DNA from: Deltaproteobacteria bacterium
GTDB taxonomy: Bacteria > Desulfobacterota > Binatia > UBA12015
Direction of reading: 5' to 3'
NCBI GenBank assembly: GCA_046583355.1
Contig: JAYGCM010000087.1
Span: 32,001-96,000, forward strand
Length of the DNA: 64,000 bases
The translations under genes were made by a program, and so were the position numbers. Positions 13,962 to 22,353 of the stretch are shown here, one piece after another. How positions within the stretch are numbered: the first letter of the stretch is position 1; every line of letters begins with the position of its first letter. Under the pieces are notes generated by a model. It was not told the DNA's origin. It did not search any database and worked only from the letters and a program-made list of their open reading frames with translations.

Positions 13962-15272
13962 CTACAGGGCTGAGCCTGGGTGGCGCTGGAACCAGCGGTA
14001 GAAGGGCAGGCCGCTCGCCAATACGGCCAGGGCGATGGCGCATTCAAAGGGGCGTGCCCAAAGCAGGGCGGCGGCGATCATGAGGTTGGCCACGATATAG
14101 AGGGCGGGTACCAGCGGGTAGCCCCAGGCCCGGTAGGGCCTGGGGCGCTCGGGCTGGCGGCGGCGCAGCGCGTAGAGCGCGGCTACATCGGCGATTGTCG
14201 CCAGAATGATCGCAAAGGTCGTATAGTCCAGAATATTCGGGAAGCTGCGCAGCACGAGGATCAGCAGACAAGCCCCGACGGCCTGAATCCAGATGGCGAT
14301 ATGCGGGCTGCCGTGTTGGGCATGGATGCGCTCGGCGCCGCGGAAGAAGAGGCCGTCGATGGCCATGGCGTAGGCGATGCGCGGGCCGACCAATACGGTC
14401 GCGTTCAGGCAGCCGAGAATCGAGAGCAGAATCAGGCCGCTGGTGAGGGAGCCGCCCCAGGGGCCGAAGAGCGAGAGCGCGGCAGCGCTGCCGGCGCTGG
14501 ATTGCGTGGCCAGGATATCGATCGGCATGGCGTGGAGATAGACGGCATTGGTCACGAGGTAGAGCGCTGTACAGATCGCCAGGCCGACAAAAAGCGAGCG
14601 CGGTAAAGTGCGCGCCGGGTCTTGAATTTCACTGGCGACAAAGACCGGCGCGTTCCAGCCGAGGAAGCTGAAGAGGATGGGCGAGAGCGCGAGCGTGAAG
14701 CCGAGGAGCAGGGGGGTGGCGGAGACGAGAGGGATAGCCGCGCTCGGCGGCGCCGGCGCCGGTGTCATGGCGAAGCCGCCGATGACGAAAATCGCCAGGG
14801 TGAGGATTTTGGCCCAGGCCGTCCAGGTATTGAAGTTCGCGCCGAGGCGCAGCCCGCGGTGGTTGACCCAGGAGGTCGCGAGGGTGACCAGCACCGCCAC
14901 AGCGATGCGTTCGCCGGCGCCCAGCGGCACGAAGACCGCGAGTCCTTCGGCAAAGCCGGTGGCGAGAGTCGCAATCGTCCCGGTGTAGATGGCGAAAAAG
15001 GAGAGCCAGCCAACGAGAAAGCCGGCGGTCGGGTGGAAGGCGTAGCGAAGGTAGACGTAATCACCGCCGGCGCGCGGGTAGAGCGTGCCGAGTTCAGCAT
15101 TCGCCAGTGCACCGGCCAGCGAGAGGGCGCCGCCGACGACCCAGGCGAGAAGAAAGAGGGAAGGGTCCGGGAGGCGGGCGGCGACGGCGCCGGGAGTAAA
15201 GAAAATCCCGACGCCGATCACCGAGGATACGACGAGCATCGTCGTATCGGTTCCGCCCAATTCCCGTTTCAG
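13962..15272 (-). CDS. Amino acid permease (APC superfamily)
   Basis: LKRELG N-terminus, [45 protein letters not shown]; start codon uncertain (CTG 15272 or TTG 15260). Confidence 0.9.
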   Translation of the reverse strand: MKRELGGTDTTMLVVSSVIGVGIFFTPGAVAARLPDPSLFLLAWVVGGALSLAGALANAELGTLYPRAGGDYVYLRYAFHPTAGFLVGWLSFFAIYTGTIATLATGFAEGLAVFVPLGAGERIAVAVLVTLATSWVNHRGLRLGANFNTWTAWAKILTLAIFVIGGFAMTPAPAPPSAAIPLVSATPLLLGFTLALSPILFSFLGWNAPVFVASEIQDPARTLPRSLFVGLAICTALYLVTNAVYLHAMPIDILATQSSAGSAAALSLFGPWGGSLTSGLILLSILGCLNATVLVGPRIAYAMAIDGLFFRGAERIHAQHGSPHIAIWIQAVGACLLILVLRSFPNILDYTTFAIILATIADVAALYALRRRQPERPRPYRAWGYPLVPALYIVANLMIAAALLWARPFECAIALAVLASGLPFYRWFQRHPGSAL

Positions 15273-15310
15273 GCGATCACGCGGATGGCCTGAATCTGGG
15301 TTGCTCGCGC

Positions 15311-15895
15311 TTAGAGGCTGCGCTTGTTGCGACGTAGGTTCCGTCGGCTGCCCTTGGGTTTGCTTGGCGGAGTACTGCCGCCACCGAAGCCGCCGCCACC
15401 GCCGCCGAAGCCGCCGCCGCCACCGCCGAAGCTGTCGCCGCCGCCGCCGAAGCCGCCGCCACCGCCGCCATAGCCACCGCCGCCGCCAGCGTAACCGCCA
15501 CCGCCGCCGCCGCCGCGGTAACCACCGCCGCCACCACCACGGTCACCGCCGCCAGCGTAACCGCCGCCACCACCACGGCCAGGGCCGCCGCCGTAGCCAC
15601 CACCGCCGCCACCGCCCGGAGGTCCGCCCGGACCGCCGGGTCCGCGCCGGCGCTCGTCGGCTTCGTTGACCCGCAGGTTACGGCCGCCAAGCTCGTAGCC
15701 GTCGAATTTCTCGACGGCTTCTCCGGCAGAGGAGCTGTCAGCGTATTCGACGAAAGCGAACCCGCGCGGGCGTCCCGTCTCGCGGTCTTTCGGAAGGAAG
15801 CAGTCTACAACCTGCCCTAATTCCGAGAAAATTTCTTCTAATTCCTCTTTCGTGGTATCGAAATTGAGGTTCCCCACAAACAATTTGGCGCCGAT
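15311..15895 (-). CDS. RRM RNA-binding protein with glycine-rich C-terminal tail
   Basis: RNP2 LFVGNL, RNP1 RGFAFVEY, LRVNEA; probable ATC start at 15895 (see findings). Confidence 0.95.
   Translation of the reverse strand: MGAKLFVGNLNFDTTKEELEEIFSELGQVVDCFLPKDRETGRPRGFAFVEYADSSSAGEAVEKFDGYELGGRNLRVNEADERRRGPGGPGGPPGGGGGGGYGGGPGRGGGGGYAGGGDRGGGGGGYRGGGGGGGYAGGGGGYGGGGGGFGGGGDSFGGGGGGFGGGGGGFGGGSTPPSKPKGSRRNLRRNKRSL
15378..15645 (-). repeat. Low-complexity (GGC/GGT)n tandem repeat encoding G-rich units (GGGGGY/F)
   Basis: Repeated ccgccgccacc units on the + strand. Confidence 0.9.
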
Positions 15896-16125
15896 GATCT
15901 TCTCCCTGGACGTGCCCTCGCAGCAATGTGGAGGCCGTCACTCTTCTCTTTATGTTGGTTTGCCCGGAATCGGGCTGCGGCGAATGCCTGTCGGTTCGAG
16001 CCCCCCTTTATCAGCAGGCGCAAAGCGACGTCTTGATTTTCCTGTAGCGGACCCGTGGGGCTGCTGCACACCCTGATTTTCCGGTAGTTTGACCGCCAGT
16101 CGCCGTGTTTCAACCGATAGATGGC

Positions 16126-16154
16126 TTGCGCGCGAACACTATAGCTTTCATACT
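16126..16154 (+). promoter_or_regulatory. Putative sigma70-type promoter of the Cys-rich secreted protein gene
   Basis: TTGCGC-N17-CATACT. Confidence 0.4.
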
Positions 16155-16233
16155 GAACCAGGGCGACGTCGCCGGGGGGCGTTTCAAGTGCCGGCGGACG
16201 ATGTCCGATTCAGGCAATCGGAGGGTGGGAAAC

Positions 16234-16923
16234 ATGAAAATGAGTTGGATTTCTGGAGTAAGAGCAACCGGATGGGCCGTAGGCTTGGCGGCGGCGGTAA
16301 TGCTTTTTGCGGTTGCTGTTCCCGAGGCACGGGCCGGCGGCGAATGTCGCGATACGTGCTCGAATTCGCGTCATATCTGCAAGGCCGCCGCCAAGGGTGC
16401 CGTGCGGGGTTGTCGTGATCAATGTCGCGCGGCGGATTCCCGTCGCGAGTGCCGCGTCGCCTGCCGCGGTGAGTTCCGTGCGGCGCGTGACACCTGCAAG
16501 GATGCGATCGACGATTGCCGTCATACCTGTGAGCGTCCGTCACCGGAGCCGGGCGAAGGTGGCCAGGGGGGCGAAGGCGGTCAGCCGTCTGAGGAATGCG
16601 TTCCCGAATGCCGGGGCGAGTTGCGCACGTGTTCGGGTAGCGTCCTGCATGCTGGTCGCGAGTGTTCGGCGGCCTGCATCGATCTGCGCCGCGAGGGCAT
16701 GGCGGCCTGCCGTCAATCGGGTGATCGCTTCCGTTGCTTCCTCGATATGGTCTTTGAGGTTGGCAACTGCATGCGTGGCTGTGCGCACGATATGCACGGG
16801 GCCGGCCAGGCCTGTCTCGGTGGCTTCCGCGATTGCCGCGAAAGTTGCGATACCGGCGGTGGCGGTCCCTACGGTTCGGCCAGCCAAGCCTTCCTCACGC
16901 CGCTGGCGACGCTACTCGATTAG
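16234..16923 (+). CDS. Secreted cysteine-rich protein (22 Cys, two mirror-symmetric Cys domains)
   Basis: RBS GGAGG, signal peptide ending ARA, strongly patterned CxxxC spacing, own terminator. Confidence 0.85.
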   Translation: MKMSWISGVRATGWAVGLAAAVMLFAVAVPEARAGGECRDTCSNSRHICKAAAKGAVRGCRDQCRAADSRRECRVACRGEFRAARDTCKDAIDDCRHTCERPSPEPGEGGQGGEGGQPSEECVPECRGELRTCSGSVLHAGRECSAACIDLRREGMAACRQSGDRFRCFLDMVFEVGNCMRGCAHDMHGAGQACLGGFRDCRESCDTGGGGPYGSASQAFLTPLATLLD

Positions 16924-16946
16924 CGATCCGACCAGGGCAATGAGCC

Positions 16947-16982
16947 AGGGCGGGCATCCATTCGGATGCCCGCCCTTTTTTT
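16947..16982 (+). terminator. Rho-independent terminator
   Basis: 13-bp perfect stem AGGGCGGGCATCC-ATTC-GGATGCCCGCCCT followed by a T tract. Confidence 0.9.
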
Positions 16983-17010
16983 GTCCGCCGACCTCGGTAA
17001 AAGAGAAGGC

Positions 17011-17790
17011 ATGATCGACTACATCACGGTTGACGAGGCGCGCGGGCGCGAAGATATTCGGCTGGTCCTGACCGCCGGCGTGCCGGGCCCCTGGGGCGAG
17101 GCCGCCAAGGCGATCCTGCAAATGAAAGGCATCGAGTTCACGCCGGTGCAGCAAAGCGGTGGCGACCGCAACGAAGCATTGGCCGAATGGACCGGGCAGA
17201 CCAGTGCGCCGGTGCTGGTATTGCCGGGCGAGGCGCCGCATCTGACCTTGCGTGCGATCCTGTTGGCCGCCGAACGCATCGTGCCCGAGCCGGCTTTGGT
17301 GCCGCCGGGCAGTGAAGACCGAGCGACTTTCCTCGGGCTCTGCGGCGAGATCCACGCCGAGATGGGTCTGGGTTGGTGCCGGCGCCTGCTGATGTTCGAT
17401 CCGATCCTTGCCGCAGTTCCCGCCGGCGATCCGGCCATCGAAAAGCTGGAACGGATGGCGCAGAAATACGGCTATTACCCGGGTTGCTCGGAGTTGGCTC
17501 GCGAGCGCGTGATCGAAATCCTCCACGCGTTCTCCGCCCGGCTGCAGCGCCAGCAGGCGGCTGGTCATGAGTTTCTCTACGGCGATTCCCTGAGCGCTTT
17601 GGACTTGATTTTTGCCGTCTTCTCGAACCTGATTGTGCCAATCGATGCCAACGATTGCCCGATGCCGGATTTCCTGCGCGCCGCCTATACCGTCGACGAC
17701 GCCGAGATCCTGGCTGCGATCGCACCCGCCCTGATCGAGTACCGCGACCGCATTCTACGCGATCATATCCACCTGCCGATGCGCTTCTGA
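17011..17790 (+). CDS. Glutathione S-transferase-like protein
   Basis: GPWGEAAKAIL, GQTSAPVL cis-Pro loop, FLYGDSLSALD C-terminal GST motif. Confidence 0.75.
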   Translation: MIDYITVDEARGREDIRLVLTAGVPGPWGEAAKAILQMKGIEFTPVQQSGGDRNEALAEWTGQTSAPVLVLPGEAPHLTLRAILLAAERIVPEPALVPPGSEDRATFLGLCGEIHAEMGLGWCRRLLMFDPILAAVPAGDPAIEKLERMAQKYGYYPGCSELARERVIEILHAFSARLQRQQAAGHEFLYGDSLSALDLIFAVFSNLIVPIDANDCPMPDFLRAAYTVDDAEILAAIAPALIEYRDRILRDHIHLPMRF

Positions 17791-17817
17791 GATGCGCCGC
17801 GCCTCTAGAGGCACGGT

Positions 17818-20436
17818 TCAGCCGTCCGGGGTCCGTGGCAGAAGTACGCGCAGGGAGGCGCCGCCGGATTCGCTTGCTCCGGCGGTAAGCGTTCCGCCGT
17901 GACTCTTGATCGCACCGTAGGCGATGCTGAGCCCCAAGCCGGTTCCTTGGCCGACATCCTTGGTCGTGACGAAGGGCTCAAAGAGCCGATCCGCCACGTC
18001 GGCGGCGATACCGGGCCCGTTATCGTTGATGCGGACCTCCAGCTGGTTGCCGGCGATGGCCGCCAAGGTGATCTCGATGCACGGGTTTTCGGCCAGGCGA
18101 ATGGCGTCGAGCGCGTTGGCGATCAGGTTCATCCAGACCTGCCCGAGCGTGGCGGAGTCGGCCTCGATCGGCTGCAGCTCGGCAAAGTTTCTTTTGACCA
18201 GGACGCCTTCGGCGCGGATGCGCGGACCGAGCAGGCGCAGGGTGGCGTCGAGGCTGGCGCCGATATCGGTGGCCGCGCGGTCGCCGCGATCTTTGCGCAC
18301 GAAGACCTTGAGCTCGCTTACGGTGCGTTCGATCCGCTCGGCACCCTCATTGCAGATGCGCAGCAATTCGGGTGTCTCGCGCAGAATATCGTCGAGGTTG
18401 CGGCCGGCCCGCGCGGCATCGAGCCGCTCCAGCAGGGTTGGATCCGAGACCGGAATATCCCGGTAGATCGCCAATATATCCCCCAACACGGAGAGGAATT
18501 CCGTGAGGATCTGCAGGCTGCCGCGCACGAAGCTCGCCGGGTTGTTGAGTTCGTGCGCCGCACCGGCGACGAACTCGCCCAAGGAGGCGAGCTTCTCGGA
18601 TTGTACCAGCTGGGCCTGGGCGTTCTTGAGCTCATCATAGGCATCGGCCAACTCCGAGGTCCGTTGCTGGACCTTGAGATCGAGGTCACGGTTGAGCGTC
18701 TCCAGGTCCTCATAGGAGCGCGCATTTTGCAGAGCGATGGCGGCCTGATGGCTGAGTGTTCGTAGCAGGTCGACTTCGGCCGAGGGTATCTCGCGCCCCG
18801 ATCGTTTGGCGCCCAGCGCGAGCAGGCCGATGCTCGCGCCGCGCACCATCAGGGGGAAAGCCACCCGCGCCTCGAGCGCCGCCAAGGCGTTGGCCGCCTC
18901 TGGTTCCTGCACTCGCAGCGCCGGCAGAATCCGTTCGGTATCGGCCGTCTCGCTGGCTTCGCCGAGCCAATGCGCGGCTGCCAATAATCCGCTGCCGGCT
19001 GTGGCTTCGCGCAACTCGGCGTTGGGTGCTTCGCGGCGCCATCGTTGGCCGCCCTGGTCGCCAGCAAGCACGAGTGTGGCCGAGGTGAGTTCCAGCGAGT
19101 CGGTTGCCAGGGTGGCGACGCTCGCCGCGATTTCGCGGCGGTCGAGCAGGGTGGTCAGGCTCTCGCTTAGCGCGGAGATGGTATGGCTATGGTCGATAGT
19201 GCTGCGAAAGAAGGCACGGTCGATGGCGACCTGGACCGCGCGGCGCAGCGGGTCGAAAAGAAAGGCCAGTAGAATGACGAACGCGCCGCCGATGAGCGCT
19301 TGGTCATCGCGCGTGGCGTTCGGCAGGAGGCGACCGGGGACGAGAATCGCGAGCGCGTAGCCGGCCAGAAGGATTGCGCTGAGAACACCATAAACGAAGC
19401 TCTGGCGGACCACCCGGTCGATTCCGAAGAGTTCGTGGCGGGTGATCGAATAGCCGAGGCTGCCATAGAAGATCAGGGTCGCGACCAAGGGAAGTTGCAC
19501 TGGGAAATTGCCGCCCGACCAGGCGTTGTTCAAGAAAGCGAAGAGCATCGCCGTCGTCCCCAGGACCAGACCCGGCAGGAGCGCCGCGATGCGTGCGCGG
19601 ACCATTCGGTTGCGGTTCTCGACCCAGGCAGCGGCCATCGCCACGACAAAAAGGACGATGCTGATGGCGCTATAGACGTAGGCGATGCGCAGCGGGAAGA
19701 GGTCGGGTGGCTCGGCAAAATAGCCGCGCAAGGCAGCGGTCATCAATACCAGACTCAGCAGATAGGGCAGGACGCGGAGGATCCGCGTGCGCGCGCCAAA
19801 ATGGCGCTCGACAGGAAAGACAAGAGCCAGGTGGATGAAGGTCGCCGGGAAGAGGCATTCCAATGCGAGGCAGAGGCCGGCCAGCAGCAGTGGTTCGCCC
19901 TGGTGCAGGAAGACGGCGGTCAGCGCATAAAGACCACCGACGGCGGCTTGCAGGCGGAAGACTCGCGCCTGATGGCTGGTCGGCTGGAGTGCGGCGACGA
20001 TCAGGCCGACCAGGATCGAGATGATGCCGAAGCCGGTCGTGATGCCCCAGGTCTGGAAATAATCAGTCAGAGTCCAGGTGCGCGAACCGATGGTCTTCTC
20101 GAAACGCGTGCCGTTTTTGCGGAAGACGTAACGGAATTTGGTTCCGACCGGGGCAGCAATGACGCGCGCATAGACCTGCGCCCCCGAGGTGATGCTCTGG
20201 CCGTCCATCGCGACCACCTCGGCATGGAAGAGGGCGTCTTTGTCGCGTGGCCAATCGACCCCGCTCACGCTGGGAATCACCGCATTGGGCCCGACGAAGA
20301 ACCCTGGAAAGGGCTGGCCGAGCCAGCCGAGTCCGGTGGCGAGCGATAGGACGAGGATCGGCACGGCGACCAGGGCAAGCAGGAGGGAGGCGAGGTGGCG
20401 CCGGAGAAGGTGAGTGCGGCTTTCCTTGCTGTTCAT
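17818..20436 (-). CDS. Membrane sensor histidine kinase (periplasmic PDZ-like, multi-TM, GAF, HisKA, HATPase)
   Basis: H-box AHELNNP, N-box QVWMNLIANA, DNGPG, FEPFVTTK, GTGLGL; GAF GLLALGAKRSG..LSHQAAIALQNA; PDZ-like EVVAMDGQSITS. Confidence 0.92.
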   Translation of the reverse strand: MNSKESRTHLLRRHLASLLLALVAVPILVLSLATGLGWLGQPFPGFFVGPNAVIPSVSGVDWPRDKDALFHAEVVAMDGQSITSGAQVYARVIAAPVGTKFRYVFRKNGTRFEKTIGSRTWTLTDYFQTWGITTGFGIISILVGLIVAALQPTSHQARVFRLQAAVGGLYALTAVFLHQGEPLLLAGLCLALECLFPATFIHLALVFPVERHFGARTRILRVLPYLLSLVLMTAALRGYFAEPPDLFPLRIAYVYSAISIVLFVVAMAAAWVENRNRMVRARIAALLPGLVLGTTAMLFAFLNNAWSGGNFPVQLPLVATLIFYGSLGYSITRHELFGIDRVVRQSFVYGVLSAILLAGYALAILVPGRLLPNATRDDQALIGGAFVILLAFLFDPLRRAVQVAIDRAFFRSTIDHSHTISALSESLTTLLDRREIAASVATLATDSLELTSATLVLAGDQGGQRWRREAPNAELREATAGSGLLAAAHWLGEASETADTERILPALRVQEPEAANALAALEARVAFPLMVRGASIGLLALGAKRSGREIPSAEVDLLRTLSHQAAIALQNARSYEDLETLNRDLDLKVQQRTSELADAYDELKNAQAQLVQSEKLASLGEFVAGAAHELNNPASFVRGSLQILTEFLSVLGDILAIYRDIPVSDPTLLERLDAARAGRNLDDILRETPELLRICNEGAERIERTVSELKVFVRKDRGDRAATDIGASLDATLRLLGPRIRAEGVLVKRNFAELQPIEADSATLGQVWMNLIANALDAIRLAENPCIEITLAAIAGNQLEVRINDNGPGIAADVADRLFEPFVTTKDVGQGTGLGLSIAYGAIKSHGGTLTAGASESGGASLRVLLPRTPDG

Positions 20437-20448
20437 GGGAGATTCCGA

Positions 20449-20477
20449 TTGAGGGTGGTGAGCGTCGAGGATATAAT
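20449..20477 (+). promoter_or_regulatory. Putative sigma70 promoter of the response regulator
   Basis: TTGAGG-N17-TATAAT. Confidence 0.55.
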
Positions 20478-20531
20478 GCAGGCCTCGCGCGCTCGCGGAG
20501 ATTGCCCTAGAAGAGTATTGGGCCGTATCGC

Positions 20532-21971
20532 ATGGAAACCACCGACGCCAAACCCACGGTCCTCATCGTTGATGATGAGAAGGCCAGCACCGACCTGCTG
20601 CGGATCGGCTTGTCGCACCTCTACCCGGTGCTGACGGCCAACGATGGCGCGACCGCACTTTCTGTTTTGGCTGCACACCCCGAGATCACGGTGGCGATCA
20701 TCGACCAGCGTATGCCCGGCATGACAGGCGCCGAGCTGATTGCCGCTACTGCCGAGCCCTATCCGGACCTGATCCGGGTGATTCTCACCGGCTATACGGA
20801 CCTCGAGAGTCTGATCTCCTCGATCAATGCGGGTAGCGTCTACCGTTATATCACCAAGCCCTGGAACGCCGATGAGCTCCGTGGCGTGGTCGCGGCCGGT
20901 ATGGAATTGCACGCGATCCGTGCCGAGAACGCCGGCTTGACCAAGCAGCTGCGCGCGGTCAATGCCGACCTCCGCGATCAGAATGTCGAGCTGCGACGTG
21001 AGGCGCAGGGGCGCTGGCGCTTCGACGGCATCCTTGGCTCGAGCCCCGCTTTGGCGAAGACGCTCGCGCTGGTCGAGAAGGTCATCCGGACGGACGATAG
21101 CGTGCTGGTGCAGGGGCCGACCGGGTCGGGCAAAGAATTGGTGGCGCGAGCGATTCATTATAATGGTCGGCGCGCAGACGGCCCCTTTGTCTCGGAGAAT
21201 TGTGGGGCGCTCTCGCCCGAGCTGCTCGCGAGCGAACTTTTCGGCCATCGCAAGGGGGCTTTTACCGGCGCGACTGCAGACCGCAAGGGACTCTTCCAGA
21301 CGGCGCATGGCGGCACGCTCTTTCTCGATGAGATCGGCGAGTGCCCGCCGGATCTGCAGGTCAAGCTTCTGCGCGTCCTCGATCAGGGGGAGATCCGGCC
21401 GATCGGCGACGACACACCGATCAAGGTCGATGTACGCATCGTCGCGGCGACCCACCGCGACCTCGAGGAAGAAATCGCGGCCGGAAATTTTCGCGCCGAC
21501 CTCTACTACCGTCTGGCGGTCTTCATTGTGCCGGTCCCCTCGTTGGCCGAGCGTCGCGAGGATATCGCACTTCTGGCCGAGCATTTTCTGGCCGCTGCGG
21601 CGGCCGAGAACGGCCGCGATCTGCCCGGTTTCACTGCTGAGGCGCTTGCGCTCCTGGCCGCCTACTCGTTTCCCGGCAATATCCGCGAGTTGCAAAACGA
21701 GGTGCGGCGCGCGAGTGCCCTGGCCGAAGATGGTTGTTTCGTTACGCACGATCTTCTCTCGGAGCGGGTGCAAGGATCGCGCCCGGCCGTTGGCAGCGAA
21801 CTCGCCGCGGCGTCCGATGGCACGCTCAAGGGCGCCATGGAGCAATTCGAGTCCGGCCTTTTGCGTGATGCGCTGGCGCGAAACGAAGGAAATCAGACGA
21901 AAACGGCGGCGGACCTTGGTGTGTCGCGCCGGACTCTGGTCGAACGTATCCAGCGCTACGGCCTGCGCTGA
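20532..21971 (+). CDS. Sigma54-dependent response regulator (NtrC family: REC, AAA+, Fis HTH)
   Basis: VDDE, DQRMP, KPW; Walker [15 protein letters not shown] loop; [11 protein letters not shown]-terminal HTH. Confidence 0.97.
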   Translation: METTDAKPTVLIVDDEKASTDLLRIGLSHLYPVLTANDGATALSVLAAHPEITVAIIDQRMPGMTGAELIAATAEPYPDLIRVILTGYTDLESLISSINAGSVYRYITKPWNADELRGVVAAGMELHAIRAENAGLTKQLRAVNADLRDQNVELRREAQGRWRFDGILGSSPALAKTLALVEKVIRTDDSVLVQGPTGSGKELVARAIHYNGRRADGPFVSENCGALSPELLASELFGHRKGAFTGATADRKGLFQTAHGGTLFLDEIGECPPDLQVKLLRVLDQGEIRPIGDDTPIKVDVRIVAATHRDLEEEIAAGNFRADLYYRLAVFIVPVPSLAERREDIALLAEHFLAAAAAENGRDLPGFTAEALALLAAYSFPGNIRELQNEVRRASALAEDGCFVTHDLLSERVQGSRPAVGSELAAASDGTLKGAMEQFESGLLRDALARNEGNQTKTAADLGVSRRTLVERIQRYGLR

Positions 21972-21995
21972 GCGCCGCCCCTATAGAGTCCGGAG

Positions 21996-22045
21996 TGCGC
22001 GAAGATCTGCGCAATTCCCGTTCGGATTGCGCAACTCCCCGCGCT
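21996..22045. promoter_or_regulatory. Tandem enhancer-like palindromes (putative bEBP upstream activating sequences)
   Basis: TGCGC-N8-GCGCA (21996-22013) and TGCGC-N8-GCGCT (22028-22045), 32 bp apart. Confidence 0.6.
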
Positions 22046-22084
22046 CCCGCGCATGCCGGGCCTCGGATTCACGGCTCTTTTCGC

Positions 22085-22099
22085 TGGCACGGCGCATGC
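22085..22099 (+). promoter_or_regulatory. Sigma54 (-24/-12) promoter
   Basis: TGGCACGGCGCATGC: GG-N10-GC, close to the TGGCACG-N4-TTGC consensus. Confidence 0.8.
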
Positions 22100-22144
22100 G
22101 ATGCCTCTACGTGGGACAGAACCCCCGCAGCAAGGGAGAATCCG

Positions 22145-22351
22145 ATGCCATCTACTCAGAACCCAACACCGATCCTGCCGTCGCCGCTCTGCGTCTTTCC
22201 GTTGAGTGACCAGCCCTCCGATTGCGCGAGCCGCCGCTTCCTGCCGCGCTGCCTGGTGCACAAAGTCATCTTGACCAAGAACGAAAGTGCTGCTGAGATG
22301 GCGCCACTCCCGCGGCCTTTGCGCACGCGGCGCCTATTGCGCGTTTCCTGA
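22145..22351 (+). CDS. Small hypothetical protein (68 aa) directly behind the sigma54 promoter
   Basis: RBS AAGGGAG 6 nt before ATG 22145; stop 2 nt before the next ATG. Confidence 0.55.
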   Translation: MPSTQNPTPILPSPLCVFPLSDQPSDCASRRFLPRCLVHKVILTKNESAAEMAPLPRPLRTRRLLRVS

Positions 22352-22353
22352 TC

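Noticed and set aside
15378..15645. Tandem repeats as a CRISPR array or mobile repeat
   Set aside because: In-frame Gly codon runs with no spacers; no cas genes in the window
16234..16923. Multiheme cytochrome interpretation of the Cys-rich protein
   Set aside because: Spacing is CxxxC with no CxxCH motif
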